From the NCBI GenBank assembly GCA_965112735.1, contig OZ218953.1, positions 186,001-250,000 of the forward strand: a stretch of 64,000 bases of DNA, in the 5' to 3' direction. Numbering within the stretch: the stretch's first letter is position 1; each line of letters starts with the position of its first letter. This stretch comes from Phaeosaccion multiseriatum (taxonomy: Eukaryota > Protista > Ochrophyta, other classes). The notes below the pieces were generated by a model, which saw only the letters and a list, made by a program, of their open reading frames with translations, searched no databases and was not told the origin of the DNA. Both the position numbers and the translations under genes were made by a program. Shown here one piece after another: positions 9,211-21,867 of the stretch.

Positions 9211-11620
9211 TTCGCTCGACCCAACACGCCCCAAACGGGCCTTGGAAGGGCACAAGCATCCGAAACGAGGCATTTGCTGGCCACGAAGTGCCTACATCGG
9301 GCATGGGTCGAGCACGAATCGCCCGAGCCAGACACTTGCTAGATGGAATGGCGACAAACAGGGCATGGACTGGGCTCGAAAGGCCCAATCTCGCCCTTCG
9401 CTCGACCCAACACGCCCCAAGCGGGCCTTGGAAGGGCACAAGCATCCGAAACGAGGCATTTGCTGGCCACGAAGTGCCCACATCAGGCATGGGTCGAGCA
9501 CGAATCGCCCGAGCCAGACACTTGCTAGCTGGAATGGCGCCAAACAGGGCATGGACTGGGCTCAAAAGGCCCAATCTTGCTCTTCGCTCGACCCAACACG
9601 CCCCAAGCGGGCATTTGAAGGGCACAAGCATCCGAAACGAGGCATTTGCTGGCCACGAAGTGCCTACATCGGGCATGGGTCGAGCACGAATCGCCCGAGC
9701 CAGACACTTGCTAGCTGGAATAGCGCCAAACAGGGCATGGACTGGGCTCGAAAGGCCCAATCTTGCCCTTCGCTCGACCCTACACGCCCCAAGCGGGCCT
9801 TGGAAGGGCACAAGCATCCGAAACGAGGCATTTGCTGGCCACGAAGTGCCTACATCGGGCATGGGTCGAGCACGAATCGCCCGAGCCAGACACTTGCTAG
9901 CTGGAATGGCGCCAAACAGGGCATGGACTGGGCTCGAAAGGCCCAATCTCGCCCTTCGCTCGACCCAGCCAACACGCCCCCCAAACGGGCATTTGAAGGG
10001 CACAAGCATCCGAAACGAGGCATTTGCTGGCCACGAAGTGCCTACATCGGGCATGGGTCGAGCACGAAAGGCCCAACTCAGACACTTGCTAGCTGGAATG
10101 GCGCCAAACAGGGCATGGACTGGGCTCAAAAGGCCCAATCTTGCTCTTCGCTCGACCCAACACGCCCCAAGCGGGCCTTGGAAGGGCACAAGCATCCGAA
10201 ACGAGGCATTCCCTGGCCACGAAGTGCCCACATCGGGCATGGGTCGAGCACGAATCGCCCGAGCCAGACACTTGCTAGCTGGAATGGCGCCAAACAGGGC
10301 ATGGACTGGGCTCAAAAGGCCCAATCTTGCTCTTCGCTCGACCCAACACGCCCCAAGCGGGCCTTGGAAGGGCACAAGCATCCGAAACGAGGCATTTGCT
10401 GGCCACGAAGTGCCCACATCAGGCATGGGTCGAGCACGAATCGCCCGAGCCAGACACTTGCTAGCTGGAATGGCGCCAAACAGGGCATGGACTGGGCTCG
10501 AAAGGCCCAATCTCGCCCTTCGCTCGACCCAGCCAACACGCCCCCCAAACGGGCATTTGAAGGGCACAAGCATCCGAAACGAGGCATTTGCTGGCCACGA
10601 AGTGCCTACATCGGGCATGGGTCGAGCACGAAAGGCCCAACTCAGACACTTGCTAGCTGGAATGACGCCAAACAGGACATAGGCCCAATCTTGCTCTTCG
10701 CTCGACCCAACACGCCCCAAGCGGGCCTTTGAAGGGCACAAGCATCCGAAACGAGGCATTTGCTGGCCACGAAGTGCCTACATCGGGCATGGGTCGAGCA
10801 CGAATCGCCCGAGCCAGACACTTGCTAGCTGGAATGGCGCCAAACAGGGCATGGGTTGGGCTCGAAAGGCCCAATCTCGCCCTTCGCTCGACCCAACACG
10901 CCCCAAGCGGGCCTTTGAAGGGCACAAGCAGCCGAAACGAGGCATTTGCTGGCCACGAAGTGCCCACATCGGGCATGGGTCGAGCACGAATCGCCCGAGC
11001 CAGACACTTGCTAGCTGGAATGACGCCAAACAGGGCATGGGCTGGGCTCGAAAGGCCCAATCTTGCCCTTCGCTCGACCCAACACGCCCCAAGCGGGCCT
11101 TGGAAGGGCACAAGCATCCGAAACGAGGCATTTGCTGGCCACGAAGTGCCTACATCGGGCATGGGTCGAGCACGAAAGGCCCAACTCAGACACTTGCTAG
11201 ATGGAATGGCGACAAACAGGGCATGGACTGGGCTCGAAAGGCCCAATCTTGCCCTTCGCTCGACCCAACACGCCCCAAGCGGGCCTTTCAAGGGCACAAG
11301 CAGCCGAAACGAGGCATTTGCTGGCCACGAAGTGCCTACATCGGGCATGGGTCGAGCACGAATCGCCCGAGCCAGACACTTGCTAGCTGGAATGGCGCCA
11401 AACAGGGCATGGACTGGGCTCGAAAGGCCCAATCTCGCCCTTCGCTCGACCCAACACGCCCCAAGCGGGCATTTGAAGGGCACAAGCATCCGAAACGAGG
11501 CATTTGCTGGCCACGAAGTGCCTACATCGGGCATGGGTCGAGCACGAAAGGCCCAACTCAGACACTTGCTAGCTGGAATGGCGCCAAACAGGGCATGGAC
11601 TGGGCTCGAAAGGCCCAATC
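9211..11620 (-). repeat. 186-bp satellite array in reverse orientation (~13 units)
   Basis: Reverse complement of the unit, with the same 172- and 192-bp variants. Confidence 0.97.
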
Positions 11621-13058
11621 ACGCCCTTTGTCACCCCCCCCCCCCCCCTTGGGGGGGCTCTTGTTGAGAATGTCGTTGAGGAGGGGCCTGCCGCGTGGGG
11701 AGTTAATATGAGGAACTCAAATCCTATGATATATACGGCATGGTTCTCAACTGAGAGGCTTGCTGAGAGCCTCCTAGTGACTGCACGTAGGTTGGTCTCA
11801 TAAGGAAGGTTTGGTGGTATAATAAGCAACTGTCTACACCCACTCTCTCTGTGATAATAGTCTACTCTGACTGCCCTGTCCCTGCCGCCGTGTCTCGGCT
11901 TTGCCCCCATATATGTGCACCTCCCACCCGCCAGTGCACCCTCTCTCCGCGCTGCTTCAGCAGCGAAGCCACGGAACTTCTGTTCTCGCGGAGTGGAGTC
12001 GACGGAGAAACAGGGTATTGAGAGCCGAGGGGAGGTGGAGCTCTCTGATACACATGATGTGCACTTGCATATAATGTGCGTCCCCTCCGCTTATTTCGCC
12101 TACATTATATCTACTCTCCTCCCTGCTCGTGCTCACCACCATCCCTGCTCTCAATCTCCGCCCAATGCCTCGGACATCGCGCCATTCCGCCCCTCTTGGG
12201 TGCCTTGTCTGGCTCGGTGGGAGGTCGCGGACCTCCCCTCACCTTCACATCGCTTTAAAGCTCTTCCATTTCATCGCAGCGAAAGTCCTGCCGGGGAAAT
12301 CATAGGTCGACTCCGTACGGCGCCGTAACTCGTCCCAACTTGCCCGTACTATACCTCCCCTCATGCCTGGGAGTGCCACGTCGGACTGAATAATGGGTGA
12401 GAATAAGGACTTTTCACCATCATCGGTAGAAGTCCTGCGCGCGCTCCGACCCAGCCCTATTCCGGACTTCCTCCCCACCTGATGAAATCCGCATGTCCAC
12501 CCGTGCGTGACATCCTCCCCCAATCAGCGGGGAGTAGTGTAGACACTTCTGCTGTCGATCGCTCTCGTCGCACTCGTTTGCATCGCCTGCTCATTCATTC
12601 TCAAACGTGAACGCAGCTGCATGCGCCGTCCTCGCACACTCCCCACTCGGCTGGCGTGGGTGCAGGAAAGTGAGGGAAAACAGGAAGGGTGTGAGACACG
12701 AGTTGACGCATCAGGAAAAACGGCTCGCCTTGCCCCGCATCCGCCCTCCGCTGCGCTGACCAACGCAACGAGAGAGGCTCCTGACTCTCCACCTTCTGTC
12801 ACGTAGGCATTGAGGCTACTGTTGTGGCCCTCCGCAGCTGCTGGAATACAGGCCAGGCCTTTCTGCTGCGACGCGCTTCAGCTCCTAAAAAGGACATCCG
12901 ATATCATACAGCTACTCCGAGAGCTCCCTGATGCTGCGAGGCAAATGCCCACCGTCCTTGGGGCCTGTCAAGCCCTTTCGGACGTTGCTGTGTAGCTCTG
13001 TAGCTGCTGAGAAAGACGACGGGGTCCTTCAATGGGGAAGAAACGCTTGGTAGCTGTC

Positions 13059-14924
13059 TCAGGTTACGAGGAGGCCGCAGGATAGCTCTGGTCTGCCTTG
13101 TCCGTGCCACAAGAAGCTTGCATGCGCCGCTTCTTGGGCCCTTGCTGCAATGTCGGTGGAAGTGAAGTCAGTACACGCAGAGTCCTCCCCCGCACGCCTT
13201 CGGCGCTCGCAAATAGAGGCCAGGTCAGACTGCAGGCTGGTGTAGACAGCATTCCCCCAGGGCGGGGTGAAAGACGGAGGAAAGCGAAATGCTGCCGGAG
13301 CTTCAAGACTGTCCTCTTTTCCCGTGATCCGCCGTGACATCTCTGTGTTGTCGAGAGAGAGAGAGAGAGGAAGGGGGGGCACATTCATCGAAGGCAGCAC
13401 CAAAAACATCGAGACACCGCCGCACCCATCTAGTCTCTCCTCACCTGTCAGACTAAACATGTAGTGAGAATGTGCCATCATTGCAAGGACGCCTTCGAGA
13501 CATTGGTGTCCAGCTTCCGCGCAGAAGGCCTCGACAGCACTCTTGATGCCACTCCAGTGATCCGAAAAAGCACGAATATGTACCAGAGATCCCATCGAAG
13601 GGACCGCTATGTAATGCTCGGGAGGCTGACCAAGCACCTCAGGCGGAGCACTTGAGGCCTGAGTTGGGAGGGAAGCGTAGAGCCGAGAAGGACGGGGTTG
13701 GGTATTGGATGCTATACGCACTCTGGCAAGACTGTCCATCCCTTAGATTCCGTTGGGGCTGAAGACCGACTCTCGTACCTGACACAGCGCCATGTAGTTC
13801 ACCACCATTGCGACGCGGTGACCTCCCAAAGGATCCAGGAGAGCGAACTCAATGGGGCTGACAAAACCGTTTGCAGACGGACTGAACAGCCACGCTGCGG
13901 CCTGAGTGGAACCAACGCAACCCGTGGCGGCATGGGTAGGGGTCTGCTGCTGCGCTCGAGCAGTTTTAAGACGCTGCTCAGTCTCGGAGAAAGCCTCACG
14001 TGCCAAGTCTCTCGCCTTGGCTTGCGTGCCCGAAGAGCTTCCCGTGAGGGAGTCAAAGCCTTGGGGAGCAATGAGCGCCGGACGCGTCATGGTGTACACG
14101 CCAGGCATGGCGTAAAGGGCGTAGTCTGCGACAGCCACGGGCGCGGCCCTGAGGTCGAAAGTGCCCACAAGCTTCAAGTCACTTGTCAGTCCCCCGGTCA
14201 TACTCATAGCGGGCCACAATCGCTCCAAAAGGTTCATCATACCCCTCCGATGGACAAGCATGGCAACCGTTCCGAGTAAAAGCATCCCATCCGTGTTACA
14301 AGCACATCGCGGAGTCGCCAAATACCCCTCATCCCAATACAGCCGTCTCATTTTGTCCATTTGGCCTTGCGAAAAGATTGTTGCCTCCAGCTGCAGGAGG
14401 CTCCAGTCATCAGGCAGAGAATCCACGGCCCGACCGACGTCACGGGCTCCCAACACATCCAAGGGCGCAAAGCTCGCGTCATCCTCCAAGAGCAAGGCTC
14501 GCTCGTGCCCAGCCTGGGAGGCAAGGAACACTGCCTTCAAGTGGGACAGAGTGCAGGCCAGCTGAGACGCAATAATGCCTCCAAAACTCTCACGATCCCA
14601 TGCCACCACTTGGAGCCCCCCTGATACCCAACGTGAGACACCCGCTTCACCATCGTGCGGCTGCTTCACCAAAGCAGAGCCGTCCACTGCAGTCACCCAT
14701 GTCACCCGATCTGGGCTCACTTCAGCCGCATCCAGTTGCATCTGCATGCGCCGTCGTCTCTCCACACTACGTTCCAAGTTGATTATGTAGATCTGGTCCG
14801 TCACTTCAGGGCTCAACATGGCTTGCACAGAAGGAGAGACAGTCACGTGCGGCGCCTCACCTGCGACGGCATCACGTGCCCCGAAGACTGCTGATGCTGC
14901 CATTACGACGGCAAAAAGCCTCAT
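13059..14924 (-). CDS. Glycosyltransferase family 25 protein with signal peptide and C-terminal extension (probably 3 exons)
   Basis: IYIINLERSVERRRRM, AVDG, ACTLSHLKA and LLLEDDA motifs. Phase-consistent GT-AG introns at ~13659-13777 and ~13345-13444 join it to ORF 13059-13739. Confidence 0.8.
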
Positions 14925-15329
14925 TTTGCTACAGCTTCCCCCCCACCCCCTCCTCCCCCAAGAGGAAGTGAATCACGGGCCCAGCATTCAAAGCAGGAGC
15001 GGAGAATTGCTTGAAGGATCGTTCTTCCCTTTGGCGGGATGCTGTGGAGTATGTCAACGGAATTCGTTGACATGTGCTCACCTGCCGCTGGCAAATCTTA
15101 CCCGTTTATCCAAGAGCAGCGGGAGGGAGAATAGCACAACCCACATCAGAAAGGTGAGAAGGTGGAGAGGAGAATGAGTATGGCTGCTTGTTCAGCAGAT
15201 TCTTTCGCTCGCAACAACGAGCCTGCTGCTTGTGGCTCACCCCTTCTTCTCATGTCTCTTCTCTTCACTCCCTTCCACACAGTCGACATACTTGCTCTGC
15301 GCAGAACGGCTTGCGTGCGGTAGGGAATC

Positions 15330-17524
15330 ATGGCGACTCCTACAAAGCTCGTTAACCCCAATGCTGAAGGTGAGGAGTCCTGGTTCTGTTTACCGTAGCG
15401 ACCATCCTCAAGAGCCGCTCTGTGGAACATGGTCGAAATCCCGCGGGAACAGAGGGACCCTGTCTCCCCTCTACGCGCCGGATGGGTGTGATTTGATGTT
15501 CACCAACTTCTCTTTGTCGCTCGCACGTGTTGTCAATTTCTCAGTGGTCAGTAAGACGCAGGCCCTCATGGTTAACGTAGCTGCTGCCCGAGGGCTGCAG
15601 GGAGTGCTAAAGTCGAATCTAGGTACGGTCGTCGAACTCCAAACAGCACCCTTCAGAGGGTGGGGTGTTGGCCGGTCTGCTTGTACTCGTCGTAGTTCTT
15701 GCGGCGTACTCCCTCATCAACCTCATCCCCTTGGCGGGCTTCATGGGGGCTCCAGAACTAAACTGAAGTCACCTGATGTTTGCCGTGTTTAGGTCCCCGT
15801 GGTACACTAAAGATGCTCGTGGGAGGGGCGGGTCAGATCAAACTCACCAAGGACGGACGGGTGCTGCTGTATGAGATGCAGATCCAGCATCCCACTGCCA
15901 TGATGATTGCCAGGACCGCCACGGCGCAGGACGATATTACTGGAGATGGGACCACGACCAGCGTGTTGCTGACAGGGGAGCTTCTGAAGCAAGCGGAGCG
16001 CTACCTTTCGGAGGGTCTGCACCCCCGTGTTGTCACAGAGGGTTATGATGTTGCTCGGGACCACACGCTCGCGCTCCTTGATACCTTCAAGCAGGTGTGT
16101 GCGAAAGAGGGGCGAGTCTGTCTGCCTGCCCTCCCTCTCACCCCAAAGCCGGTCTTTGCCCCTTGCTCAGTGCGTTCACCCCCTCCGCCCCCTCCTCCCT
16201 CTATTGTAAATCAGACGCGTACTGATGTGCACAAGGACCGCGAGGTGCTGATTTCTGTCGCGCGCACGGCCCTGCTCACCAAGCTGCGGGACGAGCTTGC
16301 CGCCAATTTGGCAGAGACAGTGACGGACGCTGTGCTGACTGTGATGCGGGGGCCGGAGCAGATTGACCTGCATATGGTCGAGATTATGTCAATGCTGCAC
16401 AAAGATGCACGAGACAGTCGTCTCGTTAAGGGCATTGTGCTGGACCACGGAGCGAGGCATCCGGACATGCCCACTCGACTCAGCAACTGCCACATCATGA
16501 TCTGCAATGTGTCGTTCGAATACGAGAAGACGGAGGTGTCAAGTGGGTTCTTTTACAGCAATGCCGAAGAACGCGAGAAGCTGGTAGAATCGGAGCGGAA
16601 ATTCACCGACGCAAAGGTGTGTGCGGCCCAGATGATGCCTTCGGCCATGGTTACAAGAAGTAACACGCATTGTGGTGTTTCATTCCACTCCACTCACACC
16701 CCTCCCCCCGTATATAGGTGAAGCAAGTGCTGGACTTCAAGCGCTCGGTTTGCAAAGAAGGAGAGAGCTTTGTCATTATAAACCAAAAGGGAATTGATCC
16801 TCTGTCCCTGGACATGTTCGCAAAGGAAGGGGTTATTGCACTTCGACGGGCAAAGCGTCGGAACATGGAGCGTCTCAGTTTGGCGTGTGGTGGGATGGCC
16901 ATCAACTCGACGGAGGATATGACGGCAGACATGTTGGGCTGGGCAGGAGAAGTGTACGAGCAAACGCTGGGGGACGACAAGTTCTTCTTCGTAGAAGGTG
17001 TCACCAATCCTCTGTCGTGCACCGTGCTGGTCAAAGGACCCAACGAGTACACCATCAACCAAATCAAAGACGCGACGAGGGATGGACTTCGGGCGGTGAA
17101 GAACACCATTGACGATGGGGCGGTGGTGGCCGGGGCAGGGAGCTTTGAAGTTGCCGCGTACATGTCGCTCATGAAGTTCAAGGACACCGTAAAGGGCCGG
17201 GCCAAGCTAGGTGTGCAAGCCTTCGCGGAGGCAATGCTGATAGTGCCGAAGACGCTAGCGGAGAATAGCGGCTTTGATGTCCAGGACTCTGTCATCAAGC
17301 TCATTGACGAGCATAATGAGGCAGGCGAGGGCGTCGCAGTGGGCTTGGACCTCATGACGGGAGAGCCCATGTTGGCGGATCAGGAGGGTGTGTGGGATAA
17401 CTACTGCGTGAAACGCCAGTGCTTACATCTGAGCACAGTCCTAGCCACCCAGCTCCTGCTGGTCGACGAGGTGATGCAGGCAGGCAAGCAGATGGGCAAG
17501 CCCAAGGAGGAGGAAGGCGAGTAA
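15330..17524 (+). CDS. CCT6: T-complex protein 1 subunit zeta (chaperonin CCT6), multi-exon
   Basis: [62 protein letters not shown]. Confidence 0.96.
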
Positions 17525-17610
17525 GTGAGCTTTAAAAGACTTGTTGTTCGACGAGCTCGACACACTTCCATTACTTACAGAGGTACACAAAGGGGGAGTG
17601 CAGGATGCAT

Positions 17611-18232
17611 TTATCCGATTTTCTTCTTTCCCTTGGCCTTTGACGCCTTTGACTTGCTTAGATCCAATCGATCGGTGGACAGCCCGGCCGTCAGGTTGCC
17701 CCCACCCGACAGCAACACAAAGGGCTTGGCAGTGGCAGCCTGGGCGGCTTGCAGGGATCCTAGAGAATCAAAGTCGCCCCTGGCCTTGGAGCGCTTGGCC
17801 TCTTCGTCTTTGAGGCGCAAACGTTTCTCCACCTTCTTCTTGCCCGGACCGTATCCGTGAAAGCTGTAGCAAAGCTGCCGAAAAGCCTCCTTGCCCGTCA
17901 AGGGACGCCCGAATTCATCGCGGTATTCAATGGCCAAACCTTCATTCGACGCTGCGGCTGCGGATCCCTTCTCCCCCCTCGATAAGTCCTTTGCTCTGCC
18001 AGACAGCGTCTGCGTCTGCTTCAGCGCGCCGCTTTGGTTAAACAGCGCCAGGGCGGCTGCGACGCCTCCTTGGGGGGCTTGGCCGCCCCCGCTCTGCGGT
18101 AAGTGGGTGATAGTGCTGGTGTCTCCTGTTCCTACTCCTGCCGCTGCCCCGTCAGCAATCCTCGCTCCCCCCTCCTCCTCGGCGCTCTCCTTCTTTGCAA
18201 TTTTCAATTCCTCCGTATCGCCATGACCATCC

Positions 18233-18267
<35 letters not shown>

Positions 18268-20079
18268 CCCGCGCTCTTCCTTTACTACCTTGGCTCTGAG
18301 CCGGTCTTCTAGCCGCGCGTGGAGGCGAGTAGAGAATTCCGTCGTCTCCGTAAACACCATCGACCCTGTGCCTCGGCTATCGTCCCGGGGGGGGGCTTCA
18401 TCTACTTCCATTCCGTCTTCTGCGTCTCCCCTTTCCTCGGGTTTTGCAGCCCTAACACCCTCCAAAATGGCCGCCCCACCATCGGCTCGATTCGCAATCG
18501 CCTTTTGCTTCAACTGCGCTAGGCGTTGTGCACGCGCAAGCGATGCCGCCAAATCACCCTCATTCTCCTCAACTAAAGAGGGAGGCGACGACGCAGTGCT
18601 GGTGGTGCTCTTTCTGGCCGCCGGCGCAACGGCCATCTTCTGTTTCGAAGAGGCTTTTGCGGCGGCAGCCTCGAACCTCTCTTGTCTTTCCCTTGCCCCC
18701 GTGTCTGCCTCAGCAGCTGTACCGCTGGCCGCTGCCGACTGTCTGGAGGCGCGGGAGCCATGATTTCTCCCCTTCCCCCCCCCCCCGCTTTCGCCTTCAA
18801 AGCTATCGTCCTCGCCTATTAGTTCCGTTTCCTTCTTGCGCAGAGCCCTCCTTTTCCGGAGTTTCTTAGGCTTTTTGAAAACTGCCAACTCCTGGGCAGT
18901 GTAATAGTCTGACATGATCTGTTTCGCACCCCCGTCGGCGAGGCTCGCAACGTCGGCGCCCCTTTTGGCAGCAGCAGCAGCACTCTCGTTCGCTTTCCCC
19001 GAACCCTCTACGTCCCCTCCAGCGCCCAGAGTGAGACTCGCTTGGCTCCCCGTATCGGCGTCTGCATCATAGTGCCTCAAAATCCTCTTTCCCGAAGCGG
19101 CGCCGCCTTGTTGTTGCTGACCAAGCTCAAACTCCTCATCGTCGTACGCAACGTATGCCCCCTGCTTGGCCCTCTTGGCCCGCTTCTTTGCATCCTTGCG
19201 CTTGTCAGCCTCGGCGAGATGCACATTCTCGAGTTCGTCGTCGGCTTGCGCAAAACCCTGAGGCACGCCCTGCTCGACCGTCTCGAGAATGGAGCTGTCC
19301 TTCAATGTCAACACCACCCCCTCCCCATATTGGATATCTTCCGCACTGTGAGTCACCTTGAGGCCCTCCAGGTCCTTCGCCTTGTACGACTGCCGGGCCT
19401 CCGCCTCCTTCTTCTTCCGAGCCTCTTCCTCCTTCTCCTTCTTTTCCTTTTCCCTATCCGATACGACCACACGGCTTCGCTTCACCCAGTCTGCCGCGGA
19501 CAAAATTTCTTCCTCTCCTTCCCCCACTTCTCCTAACCGACTCCCCTTAATCTTCTCCTTGAGCTTTCGGCGCTGACGGGCCTTGTCCAGTTTGGCCTTG
19601 ACCTCCGCCGCCTCGCGCTCATCACGATCCACGTCCTTAGCCTTGCGCATGTTATCCTCTGCAATCTGCTCTGCACTCGCCTTCCCCACGGTGAGAGGCT
19701 TGAGGCCCAGCAGAGCTCGCACTCGGTTGGATTCCTCCACAGACATGGTCACCTCTCCGTTCCCCGACGTCTGGGTCACTGCTTTGATGCTGTCAAAGTC
19801 ATTGCTCGCGGAGGGCGGTGCCGAGCCCATACTGCCTCCCCTCTCTCCTCCCTCCTCCTCATCCCCGAAATCTAGAGACACTTGTTTGCTGCCGCCGCTC
19901 TTTGGTCTCTCCCTCGGAGCAGGGGACCGGCTTCGCTCACCACCTCTCCTGCGGCGACTCCGTTTGCTGTCGTACGACCTGCCGCTGTCCCCCCCCTCAC
20001 TGCCCCTCTCCCTGTCCACATCTCCCCCTCGCCTCCTCTTGGAACCACTGCGATCCTCGCCCTCCCCTGTTCGCGCCAT
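17611..20079 (-). CDS. SART1: U4/U6.U5 tri-snRNP-associated protein 1 (SART1/Snu66)
   Basis: HIND motif MSVEESNRVRALLGLKPL, VLTLKD, DELEN, SDYYT, IEYRDEFGR..KEAFRQLCYSFHGYGPGKKKVEKR. Intronless ORF. Confidence 0.95.
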
Positions 20080-20229
20080 TGCTCGTTGTGGGGTTGAAAA
20101 GTAGTTCAAAACAAAATCGACCCAAAAATCGATCGAGCTGAAATGGGGTCCCCCGGGGGGGCAGCGACTTTGGGGCTTGGAGGGCGGCGGCGCCCACCAG
20201 AGCAGAGGATACTTCTGTACGGGGGGAGC

Positions 20230-21644
20230 ATGCGGCAGATTTTCAGGTAGGTGTCGAAGGTGCTTACCTCATGCTGATTGGCCGCTCAGGAAGCTTGTTT
20301 GTGTGTTTTACTCGGCAGCAAGGTATGGTCTGTGCGGCTCTCTCAATCCATCGTCCCCCCCCCCCCCCAGTACGCGTTTTGTGAAGGTGCCAGAGGGCGT
20401 CGAGGTCAATGTCAATGCCCGAGATGTGCAGGTGAAGGGCCCTATGGGTGAGCTCAACAGGTCTTTCAAGCACCAGAACCTTGACATGAAGAAGATCAAC
20501 GAGACCACTCTGCGCGTCGACCTCTGGTTCGGCACTCGCAAGCAGGTGAGGCGAGGCGCTTGCTCTTGTTCGGTGGTAGGCTGTTGAGCTTGGATCCGGG
20601 CGCGTATTGCTCTTCTTCTCGCGGAAGAGTAACGGATGGAGTGGAAGGGGGGGGGGGAGAAGGAACAACAGCAAGGCAGCCAACCATGCAGCATCCCCCA
20701 CTGCCGTCCTTCGGTCCAGCCCAAGGAAGGGGGGGGGAGAAGGAACAGCAGGCAGCAAGGCAGCCAACACGCATCACCCCCCCCAACCCCTAACGACTTC
20801 CGTTTCAACCTCACTCTGAACTGCCGCCTGTCCGTGTCTTCCTCCCCGTCGCCGGTGCCCCAACTCGTCATCTGTCCATGCAGTTGGCGTGCATTCGCAC
20901 CGTGTGCTCCCACATCGAGAACATGATTACGGGAGTGACAAAGGGCTTCCTGTACAAGATGAGGTTCTGCTATGCGCATTTCCCCATCAACGTGTCCCTC
21001 ACTGGCAACGTGGTTGAGGTGCGCAACTTCCTGGGAGAGAAGCGAGTGCGCCGAGTGACGCTGAGCGACGGTGTGGAGTACGTGCGCACTGACAACGTCA
21101 AGGACCAGATTGAAATCTCAGGGATTGACCTTAGCAAAGTATCCTTGACCTGCGCTCGCATCCAGCAGTGCTGCGACGGTGAGTAGGGAGGGGGGGAGGA
21201 AGGGAAAGAGACAGGGAAAGGGAGGATGGATAGGTCGCAGCGACTGAGTGAGCTGCCAGTCTGTCGACTCTCGTATGCGGCCGCCTCCCGCCGCCTCGTA
21301 CGCCGCCCAATCTCTCACGCTCCTTACTCTCCAACCCCCTTCGTATTTGCTTGCATTGCCCTCCCCAACCTTGCATTGCCCACAAACATATACCCACACC
21401 ACACCACCCACACACTACGACAGTCAAGCGGAAGGACATCAGGTAACTCAAGTAGACTCCGGCGCGGCGTTCTGGGGTTGTTCCAGGGTGTTTTTATGGG
21501 CTCTTGAAGCTTGAGTTTCTTCCCTCTTTTTCACTTTCTGTCTCTAACAGCACCCTTCCCCACCCATCCCTTCCTCCCCACCCCAGGAAATTTCTCGACG
21601 GCATCTACGTGTCCGAGAAGACGACCATTAAGCAGGACGAATAG
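20230..21644 (+). CDS. RPL9: 60S ribosomal protein L9 (uL6), 5 exons
   Basis: [63 protein letters not shown]. Confidence 0.96.
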
Positions 21645-21867
21645 TCGTGGTGCTGCATTCCCCCTGGAATAAACTATTTTTTTGCTCAAATGAGAAGGGC
21701 TGAAATGGCTCTGTCTTTCCTCGTGAGAAGGCCCCGCCGCCTGCAGGCACGAACCCCAGAGTGTGTCTGCACTGTCTGAAATACTTCCTTTACTCCTTCC
21801 TCTATACTGATGTGTCGCTTTTTTACTCCTCTATCGTAGTCTTTTGATTTATGTCTCTATGGTGTGT

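Noticed and set aside
77-11620. CRISPR-like array
   Set aside because: The whole unit repeats, with no unique spacers and no cas genes, in a eukaryotic context.
217-11711. Long ORFs (up to 549 aa) on both strands in the satellite
   Set aside because: The 186-bp unit is divisible by 3 and GC-rich, so frames stay open on both strands. The translations are repetitive artefacts.
13740-13745. Stop-codon readthrough joining two in-frame ORFs
   Set aside because: The stop lies inside a good phase-0 GT-AG intron.
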